A stretch of DNA of 39,424 nt from the sequence record OR979722.1. One strand, given 5' to 3'. Positions 28,660 to 38,055 of this stretch are shown here, one piece after another. A program made the position numbers and the translations under genes. Each line of letters begins with the position of its first letter. Position 1 is the first letter of the stretch. The notes beneath the pieces were generated by a model. That model was not told where the DNA came from and ran no database searches. It saw only the letters and a list, made by a program, of their open reading frames with translations. The DNA is from Escherichia phage ETEP21B.

Positions 28660-31600
28660 GTGGATAAGTATAACCCGAACGAACCGCATGAATATGATGC
28701 GTTATTTCAACAAGCTGCTGACACACATGGAGTCTCCTATGGCCTTCTTCGGAAGGTCGGTTGGGTAGAGTCCCGATTCAAACCTACGGCCCAATCTCCA
28801 ACAGGGCCACGAGGTGTCATGCAGTTCACTAAGGCAACTGGTCAGGCTTATGGTCTCCAGAACGATGAGGACTTCAACGACCCGGCTAAGTCTATTGATG
28901 CTGGTGCTCGTTACCTTGCAGACCTCGTTAAGAAATACAACGGGGATGAACTCAAAGCTGCCCTAGCGTACAACCAAGGTGAGGGACGTAATGGTAAACC
29001 TCAATTGGAAGCCTACGACTCCGGTAACTTTGCTGGCATCGGTGATGAGGGGCGCAACTATCTCCGCTCACTTCTGGATGTCGCTAAGTCTCCTAAGAGT
29101 GGTGACATTGAGTCATTCGGTGGTATCACCCCAAAGGGTAAAGGGATTCCGTTCGATACTGCTATGAGTGGTATCGGGAAGAAAGGAAAGGTAACTACAG
29201 AACTCCCTGAGTCTCACTCAATGTCCTTTCAAGGTAAAGAACAGGCCGCTCCCAATCAGCCGTTCGGAAAAGACTATTGGGAAGAAAAAGGAACTACACT
29301 CGACGAAGCCAATGAGCGTTCAACCTTCTTCGGATTCGGTAATGCTACTGAAGCAGAACTCTCCAACTCAACCTTGGGTGTGGCCTTCCGTGCTGGTAAG
29401 CGTGATAATGGTTTCGATGTTGTTACTGATGTACTTCAACCAACACGGTTTAACAGCCACATTTGGTCGCCCGAAGAACTCGAAAGGATTCGCAACGAAG
29501 TGAAGAACCCTGCGTACATGAACGTAGTGCTTGGAGGTTCCTCTGATAATCTGGATGAACTCATCAAGTTAGCCAATGAGAACTATGAGTTGGACGCTAA
29601 GGCCGCTGATGCTGGACTTGGTGCGAAACTATCTGCTGGGATTATTGGTGCTGGTGTTGACCCTCTTACCTACGTTCCAATCGCTGGGACTGCGGCTAAG
29701 GGATTCAAACTGGTGAACAAGGCGCTGATTGTGGGTGCACAGGCAGGTGCTCTTAACGTTGCCTCTGAGGGTCTGCGTACATCGGTGGCTGGTGGTGATG
29801 CTCACTACGCAGAAGCTGCCCTTGCTGGTATGCTGTTCGCTGGTGGACTGACCGCTATCGCTGATGGTGTTGCCGCAGGTCTCCGTAAGTCTGGCGCTGA
29901 ACAGATTGAGAACCCGTTTGCTGCTGCACAGATGCGCTTTGAGGCCCGTGAGACTGCCCGTAACACTGGTGGACATGACGCAAGTCGTATGCCTCCTAGT
30001 GAAGACCGAGTGTTCTCACAGCACAACGGCGTTGAGTATTCACCTCTTGAGACCGAACCGGGTGCCGTAGTGTTGCGTGATGGTTCCATTATCAGTGACA
30101 CCAACTTAGCTAACCCTATGACAGCCAAAGAGTTCGCCGAGGTAGACCCTGAACGTGCTGCGTGGGGATTGCCTATGCGTGGACTGAGTGAAATCGGCTT
30201 GAGGACTTTACGTTCTGAACATGCTGAAATCCGTGGTCTCGCTAAGGACTTAATTCGTTCACCTACAGGGATGGAGTCTGGCTCACATGGTAAGTTCGGT
30301 GCTACCGCATCTGACATCAAAGAGCGACTACACAGTACCAACCAGCGAACCTACAATGACCTCTATGATGCAATGAAGGAAGCAATGGCTGACCCTGAGT
30401 GGTCCGTGGGTATGTTCAAGCGTGGTTCTCAAGGTGCCCGTCAGGAAATCTATCGTCGTGCTGCTATCGCTATTGAGCGTCCAGAACTTCAAGCAAACTT
30501 AACGAAGGCTGAACGTAAGGTTATGGACATCATGAAGGAACACTTCGACCTCAAGCGTGAGATGATGGAGAACCCGGCTATGTTCGGTAACAAGGCAACT
30601 TCCATCTTCCCTAACAGCCGTCACAAAGGGACTTACGTTCCTCATGTGTACTCACGGGAAGCCAAGCAATTGTACTCACAGGCTCTTGGTGGCTCTGATG
30701 GTTTACAGGAAGCTATCGCCGCAAGCTGGATGACCTCTTACCGTTCACGTCCTGAAGTTAAGGCTCGTGTGGATGAGCATCTAGCGGAGACCTTGGGTAT
30801 CGACCCGAAGGCTGTAACCGAAGAGATGGTGATGAAACATGCCAGCGACAAGGCTTATGGTATTGCGAAGACAGATGAGTTCAACTCTTCAAGTGTCATC
30901 GACGATAACATTGAGGGTCTCGTAGGGATTGAGAACAACTCGTTCCTTGAAGCCCGTAACCTGTTCGATTCTGACATGCCAGTCACTTTACCGAATGGAC
31001 AACAGTTCTCTGTGAATGACCTCCGTGACTTCGATATGAAGCATGTGATGCCAGCCTATGACCGCCGTGTTGATGGTGACATTGCTATCATGGGTGGTAC
31101 AGGAAAGACTACTGCTGAACTCAAGGATTCCATTATGGCTCTCGATAAGAAGTCAGAAGGGAAGGGTACGATGAAAGGTGAAGTTGAAGCACTCAAGGAT
31201 ACCGTTAAGATTCTCACAGGTCGTGCTCGACGCAATCAGGATACTATGGGTGACACTATGGTTCGCGCTCTGTCCGATATGTCCTTCTTTACGAAGAACG
31301 CATACATGGGCTTGCAGAACCTAACTGAAATCTCTGGTCTCTTGGCGAAGGGTAACACCCGTGCGATGCTGCATGGCATTCCTGCTCTGCGTGACCTAGC
31401 GTTCCGTAACAAGCCAGTGTCCGGTAAGGAACTTAAGGAACTACATTCTATGGTGTTCGGTAAAGAGTTCGATGACTTGATCAGACCGACACGTCAGGAC
31501 ATCATTCAGCGACTCCGTGAATCTACGGATACACCTGATGTTGCCGCTAAGGTTGTTGGTACGGTTAAGCACACCACTCAAGAGTTGGCTGCTCGCTCTC

Positions 31601-32607
31601 CGTTCACTAAGTTCCTCAATGGTACTTCCAACTACATTCTGGACATGGCCCGTCAAGGTGTCATGGGAGATGTGGTAACTCATGCCATTACTGGTAAGGG
31701 TGCCAACAAGTGGATTAAAGGCGACATGCTGAAATCTGCGAGTATCTCTAAGGAACAGTGGGAAGGCATTCAGAACCTAATCCGTGAGAACGTCACTCAA
31801 GGTGCTGATGGCAAATATACCTTCAAGGATAAGCGCAAGCTGGCTAATGACCCGCGAGCTATGGACCTGTGGCGTCTGGCTGATAAGGTAGCTGATGAAA
31901 CAATGCTGAGACCACACAAGGTGTCCTTACAGGATTCCCATGCGTTCGGTGCTGCTGCTAAGTTGGTCCTTCAGTTCAAGTCTTTCGTAATCAAGTCGAT
32001 GAACTCTAAGTTTATCCGCTCCGGTAACGAAGCATTTAAGAACCATAGGGCTATGGACATGGCGCTGACCTACGCAATCTCTGGAGGCATCGCTGGTTCC
32101 TACTATGTGGCACAGGCCCACTTGAAGGCTGCTGGTCTACCTAAAGAGCAACAGAAGGACTACTTGAAGAAAGCCCTTGACCCTAAGATGATTGCCTATG
32201 CTGCTGCGTCCCGAAGTTCACACCTTGGGTCGCCTCTGAGTATCGCAAACTTCGCTATGGGTGCTGCTGGTTATGACCAAGGTCTCATGGTCCGCTCTAC
32301 GATTCTCCCGAAAGGTGAGGACAAGCGGGAACGGAACAAGGCGGTAACTTCTCGTGACATGAGTGACTCCATCATGGGCGCATTAGGTGAACAGATTCCT
32401 GCTCTTGGATTCGCCGGGGCAACCTTTGCTGCTGGTCGAAATGCTTATGGTGTCCTTACAGCTCCTAATAAAGTGACCGAGCGTGAGATGATGACTGGCC
32501 TAATGAACGCTCATCGTGAGATGGTTCCGAATGACCCTATCACTCAACAGATGCTCATTAAGTTCTATGAGGCTAACGGTGTTCACCTGAAGTCTGACAA
32601 GAAGTAA
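28660..32607 (+). CDS. 16: Internal core protein gp16 with N-terminal lytic transglycosylase domain, 1315 aa; GTG start
   Basis: MDKY...GVSY.LLRKV.W.ESRF.PTA.S.TGP.G.MQFTKAT, LAYNQGEGR, ELAARSP.TK.LNGT.NY, NDP.TQQ...K.YEANGV collinear with T7 gp16; AGGAGG 5 nt upstream of GTG. Confidence 0.95.
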   Translation: MDKYNPNEPHEYDALFQQAADTHGVSYGLLRKVGWVESRFKPTAQSPTGPRGVMQFTKATGQAYGLQNDEDFNDPAKSIDAGARYLADLVKKYNGDELKAALAYNQGEGRNGKPQLEAYDSGNFAGIGDEGRNYLRSLLDVAKSPKSGDIESFGGITPKGKGIPFDTAMSGIGKKGKVTTELPESHSMSFQGKEQAAPNQPFGKDYWEEKGTTLDEANERSTFFGFGNATEAELSNSTLGVAFRAGKRDNGFDVVTDVLQPTRFNSHIWSPEELERIRNEVKNPAYMNVVLGGSSDNLDELIKLANENYELDAKAADAGLGAKLSAGIIGAGVDPLTYVPIAGTAAKGFKLVNKALIVGAQAGALNVASEGLRTSVAGGDAHYAEAALAGMLFAGGLTAIADGVAAGLRKSGAEQIENPFAAAQMRFEARETARNTGGHDASRMPPSEDRVFSQHNGVEYSPLETEPGAVVLRDGSIISDTNLANPMTAKEFAEVDPERAAWGLPMRGLSEIGLRTLRSEHAEIRGLAKDLIRSPTGMESGSHGKFGATASDIKERLHSTNQRTYNDLYDAMKEAMADPEWSVGMFKRGSQGARQEIYRRAAIAIERPELQANLTKAERKVMDIMKEHFDLKREMMENPAMFGNKATSIFPNSRHKGTYVPHVYSREAKQLYSQALGGSDGLQEAIAASWMTSYRSRPEVKARVDEHLAETLGIDPKAVTEEMVMKHASDKAYGIAKTDEFNSSSVIDDNIEGLVGIENNSFLEARNLFDSDMPVTLPNGQQFSVNDLRDFDMKHVMPAYDRRVDGDIAIMGGTGKTTAELKDSIMALDKKSEGKGTMKGEVEALKDTVKILTGRARRNQDTMGDTMVRALSDMSFFTKNAYMGLQNLTEISGLLAKGNTRAMLHGIPALRDLAFRNKPVSGKELKELHSMVFGKEFDDLIRPTRQDIIQRLRESTDTPDVAAKVVGTVKHTTQELAARSPFTKFLNGTSNYILDMARQGVMGDVVTHAITGKGANKWIKGDMLKSASISKEQWEGIQNLIRENVTQGADGKYTFKDKRKLANDPRAMDLWRLADKVADETMLRPHKVSLQDSHAFGAAAKLVLQFKSFVIKSMNSKFIRSGNEAFKNHRAMDMALTYAISGGIAGSYYVAQAHLKAAGLPKEQQKDYLKKALDPKMIAYAAASRSSHLGSPLSIANFAMGAAGYDQGLMVRSTILPKGEDKRERNKAVTSRDMSDSIMGALGEQIPALGFAGATFAAGRNAYGVLTAPNKVTEREMMTGLMNAHREMVPNDPITQQMLIKFYEANGVHLKSDKK

Positions 32608-32608
32608 T

Positions 32609-32631
32609 CAATACGACTCACTATTGGGAAG
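32609..32631 (+). promoter_or_regulatory. Phage RNAP promoter (phi17-like), CAATACGACTCACTATTGGGAAG
   Basis: Consensus match directly after gene 16 stop. Confidence 0.85.
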
Positions 32632-32677
32632 GCTCCCACAGCTTCCCTCTATTTACCTAACCGAAAGGAGGCTACAG

Positions 32678-34645
32678 ATGGCTAACAAAATTTCCACTGT
32701 GCGTACTTACCCACTTAATGGTGCCGTGAACTTCACAATCACCTTTGAGTATCTGGCCCGTAAGTTCGTGCAAGTAACCCTAATTGGTAAAGACCGTAAG
32801 GAACTGGTACTTAATCAGGACTATCGCTTTACCTCTAAGACGCAAATCACAACCTCTCGTACTTGGACTGCCGCAGATGGCTACCAGATGATTGAGATTC
32901 GTCGATTCACTTCAGCTACTGACCGTCTGGTTGACTTTGCCGATGGCTCTATCCTTCGTGCGTATGACCTGAACATCTCACAGATTCAGACTCTGCACGT
33001 TGCTGAGGAAGCACGAGACCTCACTGCTGATACTATCGGTGTCAACAACGATGGTCACTTAGATGCCCGTGGTCGTAAGATTGTGAACCTTGCGTTCGCT
33101 ACTAATGACTATGATGCTGTCCCTCTGAAGCAGATTAAAGAGCGTGAGACCTCTGCGTGGAATGCTGTTACTAAGGCAAACGAACATGCTGACCGTTCTA
33201 ATCGAGAGGCTAATCGTTCTCGTGATGAGGCTAACCGTGCTCAACGCGAAGCTGACCGTTCAACTCAACAGGCAGGTATCTCTACGGCACAAGCGGTTGA
33301 GTCCAAGAAGCAAGCTGACCGTTCCAACTCTGAGGCTAACCGAGCTAAAGGATATGCTGATAGTATGACCGCAAGTGTCGCTGAGGCCAAGAAGCAAGCT
33401 GACCGTTCCAACTCTGAGGCCAATCGTGCCCGTGATGAGGCCAACCGTGCTGCCGGAGAAGTGACTAAAGCTGCTGCTGAGGTTGCCAAGGCTGCTGCAC
33501 ATGTTGAGACCGCTAAGGGACATGCTGACCGAGCCAACACTGAGGCAAACCGCTCTAAGAGTGAAGCCGACCGTGCAAAGACCGAGGCCGATAAGTTGGG
33601 GAACATGAATGAATTAGCTGAGGCCATCGACAGGGTTGATGCTCCTGATGTTTACTTCAAGAGGAATGTTGTCGCCGGACACAGATTGGAGACTTCTGGA
33701 GGATCACATCTTCACCCTAATGAGATTAAATTGGTTAACAATAAATCTCCAGACCAGCACTTCATTGTACAGGCGTGGGGAACTGGAGACCCTAATGATA
33801 GGTCGCAGGTGTTTGAGTTAAAGGATAACTTGGGTCCGTACGCATTCTATATCCAGCGCCAGAAGAAGACAGACCAAACTTGGCAAATGAGTGTGAACGG
33901 TACTGTTAGCTGCGTATCCATCGAGGCTGGCAAGGGTTTCATCTCTAAGGACCGTACAGGCTCCATTCAGATGAAGACTTGGGGAGGTAGTTGGGGCCAA
34001 TGGACTTCTAATGCTGTTCCTGACATTCAGCACGATATTGAGGCCCAACATGATGCTGCTTATCTTCTGGAGAGGGCTACCATTTGGGGTAAGGAGCATT
34101 TATACGCAAAACAACTGTACAACAATGGCACTGGCGCAAACTTCTTTATCAGACACTATCTCCGTGGGACTTACTTTGACTTCCGCTCTGATGGTACTCT
34201 TATCAGTTCCACCGGATGGAATATCCCGGCAGATGGTAACCTGTACATCAAGAAATATGGAACGTATATTGACGCATGGGTAAACAAGCGCCTAAGCGAA
34301 CATGCCTACAACAAGAGCGAGACAAACAACCTAGTGAATGGTCGATTGACACAAGCCCAAGCTGATGGGCGATACGTCCGTAAGAATGCGGGGTGGACTG
34401 AAGTGTGGAAAGGAAGCGCTGGCGGTGGTACCTCGGTAGGTCTCTCACAGGATGTTCGTTGGAGAACCATCTGGATTCAAACTCAAGGCAGATGGAACCC
34501 TGTTCAGATTGGTGATAATGGTGCTTACTACATCTCGTCGATGGGCGGTTGGTTGCAGTTTACCATCTCGAATAATGGTAGAACATTCCGTAACGATGTG
34601 GATAGAAGCTCTGTTCCTACGAGAATCTTGGTTCAAAACCAATAA
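32678..34645 (+). CDS. 17: Tail fiber protein gp17, 655 aa: conserved N-terminal tail-attachment domain, repetitive Arg/Ala-rich shaft, distinct C-terminal receptor-binding part
   Basis: N-terminal 150 aa collinear with T7 gp17 (FEYLARKFV.VTLIG.DRK, DRLVDF.DGSILRAYDLN..QIQT.HVAEEARDLT.DTIGVNNDGHLDARGR.IVNLA); C-terminus WKGSAGGG.SV..SQD also T7-like; middle differs. Confidence 0.93.
   Translation: MANKISTVRTYPLNGAVNFTITFEYLARKFVQVTLIGKDRKELVLNQDYRFTSKTQITTSRTWTAADGYQMIEIRRFTSATDRLVDFADGSILRAYDLNISQIQTLHVAEEARDLTADTIGVNNDGHLDARGRKIVNLAFATNDYDAVPLKQIKERETSAWNAVTKANEHADRSNREANRSRDEANRAQREADRSTQQAGISTAQAVESKKQADRSNSEANRAKGYADSMTASVAEAKKQADRSNSEANRARDEANRAAGEVTKAAAEVAKAAAHVETAKGHADRANTEANRSKSEADRAKTEADKLGNMNELAEAIDRVDAPDVYFKRNVVAGHRLETSGGSHLHPNEIKLVNNKSPDQHFIVQAWGTGDPNDRSQVFELKDNLGPYAFYIQRQKKTDQTWQMSVNGTVSCVSIEAGKGFISKDRTGSIQMKTWGGSWGQWTSNAVPDIQHDIEAQHDAAYLLERATIWGKEHLYAKQLYNNGTGANFFIRHYLRGTYFDFRSDGTLISSTGWNIPADGNLYIKKYGTYIDAWVNKRLSEHAYNKSETNNLVNGRLTQAQADGRYVRKNAGWTEVWKGSAGGGTSVGLSQDVRWRTIWIQTQGRWNPVQIGDNGAYYISSMGGWLQFTISNNGRTFRNDVDRSSVPTRILVQNQ
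33303..33420 (+). repeat. Two perfect 34-bp direct repeats (CCAAGAAGCAAGCTGACCGTTCCAACTCTGAGGC) 84 bp apart inside gene 17, within a wider degenerate repeat region (about 33180-33600)
   Basis: Exact nucleotide repeat read from sequence; encodes repeated KKQADRSNSEAN blocks. Confidence 0.85.
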
Positions 34646-34689
34646 TGGAATACAACGAGGCCACGGATGGCTGACACTAGGAGGACATA

Positions 34690-34896
34690 ATGTTGTCATT
34701 GGATTTTAACAACGAGGTAGTGAAGGCTGCTCCGATTGTAGGGACAGGGGTTGCCGATGGTGCTGCCAGACTGTTCTTCGGCCTGTCACTTAACGAGTGG
34801 TTTTATGTAGCCGCAATTGCCTACACAGTGGCTCAAATTGGTGCCAAGGTAGTCGATGTGGTTATCAAATGGAAGAAGGAGGGTAAAGATGTCTAA
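34690..34896 (+). CDS. 17.5: Class II holin gp17.5, 68 aa
   Basis: MLSLDFNNE..KAAPIVGTGVAD..ARLFFGLSLNEWFYVAAIAYTV.QIGAKVVD nearly identical in pattern to T7 holin. Confidence 0.95.
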   Translation: MLSLDFNNEVVKAAPIVGTGVADGAARLFFGLSLNEWFYVAAIAYTVAQIGAKVVDVVIKWKKEGKDV

Positions 34897-35158
34897 CGAT
34901 AAATCTTTGATTCAATTCCTTGAGATGCTGGACACTGAGATGGCTCAACGTATGCTGAAAGACCTTCAGGATGACGAGAAGCGAACGCCTCAACTGTACA
35001 ACGCAATCGGGAAGCTGTTAGAACGCCACAAGTTCCAAGTCTCCAAGTTACAGCCAGACCGTAACATCCTTGGTGGACTTGCTGATGGACTTCAGGAGTA
35101 TCAGAACCTCGTAGGTGACGATGGTCTAACTGAAGATGAGAAGTACACGCTGAACTGA
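34889..35158 (+). CDS. 18: Terminase small subunit gp18, 89 aa
   Basis: Position between holin and spanins, size identical to T7 gp18, AGGAGGG RBS. Confidence 0.85.
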   Translation: MSNDKSLIQFLEMLDTEMAQRMLKDLQDDEKRTPQLYNAIGKLLERHKFQVSKLQPDRNILGGLADGLQEYQNLVGDDGLTEDEKYTLN

Positions 35159-35171
35159 TGGAATAACTCAA

Positions 35172-35191
35172 GGCCACTAGATGTAGTGGTC
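35172..35191 (+). promoter_or_regulatory. Hairpin GGCCACTA-GATG-TAGTGGTC in the gene 18 / 18.5 intergenic region (R18.5-like RNase III site or attenuator)
   Basis: 8-bp stem with one G-U pair; no following T-run, so probably not a terminator; T7 has R18.5 here. Confidence 0.4.
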
Positions 35192-35256
35192 TTTATGATA
35201 TTTCAACACAACTCACGGTGACGCTACGTGAAATCTGAAAATACGGGAGGGTAGTT

Positions 35257-35697
35257 ATGCTCAAGAATTTAAAGAGCTACGCCATAATTGCTGCGTTTGC
35301 CTTGGGTATTACCCTTGCGTATAACCACGGATATGACAAAGCTAACACTAAATGGGAACAGGAGGTGCACAATGAGTACGTTAAGAAAGTTAAGGCGACT
35401 GAGGATAAACAGGCTGCTATCAACGAAGTCTCACGACAATACCAAGAAGACCTTGCGGCGTTGGAAGGCAGCACTGATAGGGTCATTAATGATTTGCGTA
35501 ACGATGGTAAGCGGCTGCGTGTCAAGCTGTCAAACACCTCACGAGAACTCCAAGCTAACGGTGGATGCCTCGCTGATGGTCGAGCCGAACTTGACGAAGA
35601 GTTTAGTAAGCGTCTTATCGGAGTAACTCAAAGAGGGGATGCGTGGATTAGAGCGCTCCAAGGTACAATAACTGAAATGCAACGTAAGGAGAAATAA
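35257..35697 (+). CDS. 18.5: Inner-membrane spanin (Rz-like, gp18.5), 146 aa
   Basis: N-terminal transmembrane segment, coiled-coil body; T7 gp18.5 position and size. Confidence 0.88.
   Translation: MLKNLKSYAIIAAFALGITLAYNHGYDKANTKWEQEVHNEYVKKVKATEDKQAAINEVSRQYQEDLAALEGSTDRVINDLRNDGKRLRVKLSNTSRELQANGGCLADGRAELDEEFSKRLIGVTQRGDAWIRALQGTITEMQRKEK
35372..35626 (+). CDS. 18.7: Outer-membrane lipoprotein spanin (Rz1-like, gp18.7), 84 aa, fully embedded in gene 18.5 in the +1 frame
   Basis: MSTLRKLR...KKTLRRWKAALIGSLMICVTMVSGC...SLMVEPNLT resembles T7 gp18.7; signal peptide plus Cys lipobox; GGAGGTG RBS. Confidence 0.85.
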   Translation: MSTLRKLRRLRINRLLSTKSHDNTKKTLRRWKAALIGSLMICVTMVSGCVSSCQTPHENSKLTVDASLMVEPNLTKSLVSVLSE

Positions 35698-35698
35698 C

Positions 35699-36256
35699 AT
35701 GGCTACTGTAAACTCAAGAACCCGTACCATCTGGACTATCAATGGTCGCTCACCGGACAGCCGGGATATGTACGACCGAAACAATGTGGGCCTTCGTGTT
35801 GGGCGTATCGACATCCCAGCTTCAGAAATGGTCAAGGTAGATGGCTATGACAAGGTTGAATATGTTGTTCAACTGAGTGACGGCACAACCGAGCAACATG
35901 CTACCTTTGAGACCCTGATGTCCACTTGGGGTGGCTCCGTCGAGTCTAAACCGGGTAGTGGGTTCATGACTGTATTTCTGGATGAGCAAAGCTCTGAGCG
36001 TCTCGGTATGGTTCGAATCGACGTATACAAAGAGTGGACTGGTGCTGACCCTGAACCGGAAGGCGGTATGGATTCGCTAGTTAGTGCAACGCTTTCTGCG
36101 TCTGATAGTGCATTTGGTACACAGTTCGTGGACAGCGAAGGAAAGAGCGCTTCCGTTATGTTCCAGCCTAGTAACATCGACGGGGCTGTATCTAAGACAG
36201 ACACCATCAAGGCTCTGGAGAAGCGCATCGCTGCCTTAGAGAAACCTGCCGAGTAA
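35699..36256 (+). CDS. Hypothetical protein, 185 aa, acidic, no recognisable motif; extra gene between spanins and terminase
   Basis: Clean ORF with AAGGAG 8 nt upstream, start overlapping the 18.5 stop (TAACATG); I recall no gene at this position in T7 or T3. Confidence 0.7.
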   Translation: MATVNSRTRTIWTINGRSPDSRDMYDRNNVGLRVGRIDIPASEMVKVDGYDKVEYVVQLSDGTTEQHATFETLMSTWGGSVESKPGSGFMTVFLDEQSSERLGMVRIDVYKEWTGADPEPEGGMDSLVSATLSASDSAFGTQFVDSEGKSASVMFQPSNIDGAVSKTDTIKALEKRIAALEKPAE

Positions 36257-36271
36257 CAATAGGAGGCCACA

Positions 36272-38032
36272 ATGTCACAATCCCAAGAAGCTAAGAACGC
36301 GCTAATCATTGCGCAACTTAAGGGTGACTTCGTGGCCTTCCTGTTCGTCTTATGGAAGGCTCTGAACTTACCTAAACCAACCAAGTGTCAGATTGATATG
36401 GCACGAACACTCGCTAATGGAGACCACAAGAAGTTTATCCTTCAGGCGTTCCGTGGTATCGGCAAGTCCTTTATCACCTGTGCGTTCGTTGTGTGGGTAT
36501 TATGGCGTGACCCTCAACTTAAGGTGCTCATTGTGTCTGCCTCTAAGGAACGTGCGGATGCTAACTCCATCTTCATCAAGAACATCATCGACCTCTTACC
36601 GTTCCTCTCTGAGTTGAAACCTCGACCGGGACAGCGAGACTCCGTGATTAGCTTTGATGTTGGCTTGGCTAAACCCGACCACTCACCTTCTGTGAAGTCT
36701 GTGGGTATCACTGGTCAGTTGACTGGTAGCCGTGCTGACATCATTATTGCAGATGACGTTGAGGTTCCCGGTAATAGCTCTACGAGTTCTGCCCGTGAGA
36801 AGCTCTGGACGTTGGTAACTGAGTTTGCTGCATTACTTAAGCCGCTGCCTACCTCTCGTGTTATCTACCTTGGGACACCTCAAACCGAGATGACTCTCTA
36901 CAAGGAACTCGAAGATAACAAAGGGTACAGCACCGTAATCTGGCCTGCACAGTATCCACGCAATGATGCTGAGGCTCTCTACTATGGGGACCGCTTGGCT
37001 CCTATGCTGAAGGCTGAGTACGATGAAGGCTTTGAGTTACTCCGTGGTCAACCTACTGACCCTGTTCGATTCGATATGGATGACCTCCGTGAACGTGAAC
37101 TCGAATATGGTAAAGCTGGTTACACTCTTCAGTTCATGCTTAACCCTAACCTTAGTGATGCCGAGAAGTACCCACTACGACTCCGTGACGCTATCGTGTG
37201 CGCTGTGGACCCTGAACGTGCCCCATTGTCTTACCAGTGGTTGCCGAACCGTCAGAACCGCAATGAGGAACTCCCTAACGTTGGTCTGAAGGGTGATGAC
37301 ATTCACAGCTTCCATGTGTGTTCCTCTAAGACCGCTGAGTACCAGCAAAAGATTCTCGTCATTGACCCATCGGGTCGTGGTAAGGATGAAACAGGTTACG
37401 CAGTCCTCTACACCCTTAACGGCTACATCTACTTGATGGAAGTCGGTGGGTTCCGTGGTGGCTACGATGACCCTACCTTAGAGAAGCTCGCTAAGAAGGC
37501 CAAGCAGTGGAAGGTACAGACGGTCGTACACGAGAGTAACTTCGGTGATGGTATGTTCGGTAAGGTATTCTCTCCGGTTCTCCTGAAGCACCACAAGTGT
37601 GCCTTAGAAGAGATTCGTGCTCGTGGCATGAAGGAGATGCGTATCTGCGATACTATCGAACCGTTGATGGGTGCACACCGCCTTATCATCCGTGACGAAG
37701 TAATCCGTGAGGACTACCAGACCGCTCGTGACCTCGATGGGAAACATGATGTTCGCTACAGTGCGTTCTATCAGATGACCCGTATGACTCGCGAGAAGGG
37801 CGCTGTGGCACACGATGACAGACTTGATGCTATCGCATTGGGTATCGAGTTCCTTCGTGAAGGGATGCAGGTGGACTCTAAGGTGGGCGAAGAAGCTATG
37901 ACCCTTGAGTTCCTTGAGCACCACATGGAGAAACCTATCATCGGTGGTGACATGGCTCGTGAGTTAGTGTCTGGCGGCGTGGACATCTACTACGAGGATG
38001 ATGGTGATGGAGAGTGCTTCATTGAGTGGTAA
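36272..38032 (+). CDS. 19: Terminase large subunit gp19 (ATPase/nuclease), 586 aa
   Basis: Collinear with T7 gp19 (same 586 aa; [91 protein letters not shown]-terminal FIEW). Confidence 0.98.
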   Translation: MSQSQEAKNALIIAQLKGDFVAFLFVLWKALNLPKPTKCQIDMARTLANGDHKKFILQAFRGIGKSFITCAFVVWVLWRDPQLKVLIVSASKERADANSIFIKNIIDLLPFLSELKPRPGQRDSVISFDVGLAKPDHSPSVKSVGITGQLTGSRADIIIADDVEVPGNSSTSSAREKLWTLVTEFAALLKPLPTSRVIYLGTPQTEMTLYKELEDNKGYSTVIWPAQYPRNDAEALYYGDRLAPMLKAEYDEGFELLRGQPTDPVRFDMDDLRERELEYGKAGYTLQFMLNPNLSDAEKYPLRLRDAIVCAVDPERAPLSYQWLPNRQNRNEELPNVGLKGDDIHSFHVCSSKTAEYQQKILVIDPSGRGKDETGYAVLYTLNGYIYLMEVGGFRGGYDDPTLEKLAKKAKQWKVQTVVHESNFGDGMFGKVFSPVLLKHHKCALEEIRARGMKEMRICDTIEPLMGAHRLIIRDEVIREDYQTARDLDGKHDVRYSAFYQMTRMTREKGAVAHDDRLDAIALGIEFLREGMQVDSKVGEEAMTLEFLEHHMEKPIIGGDMARELVSGGVDIYYEDDGDGECFIEW

Positions 38033-38055
38033 TGACAACTAATTAAGGAGGTAAT

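Noticed and set aside
29805-30341. Minus-strand ORFs inside large + strand genes (for example 2577-2996, 12299-12634, 29805-30341, 33265-33627, 35869-36384)
   Set aside because: All are antisense to strongly supported genes, lack promoters and ribosome-binding sites, and opposite-strand genes are not expected in T7-like genomes.
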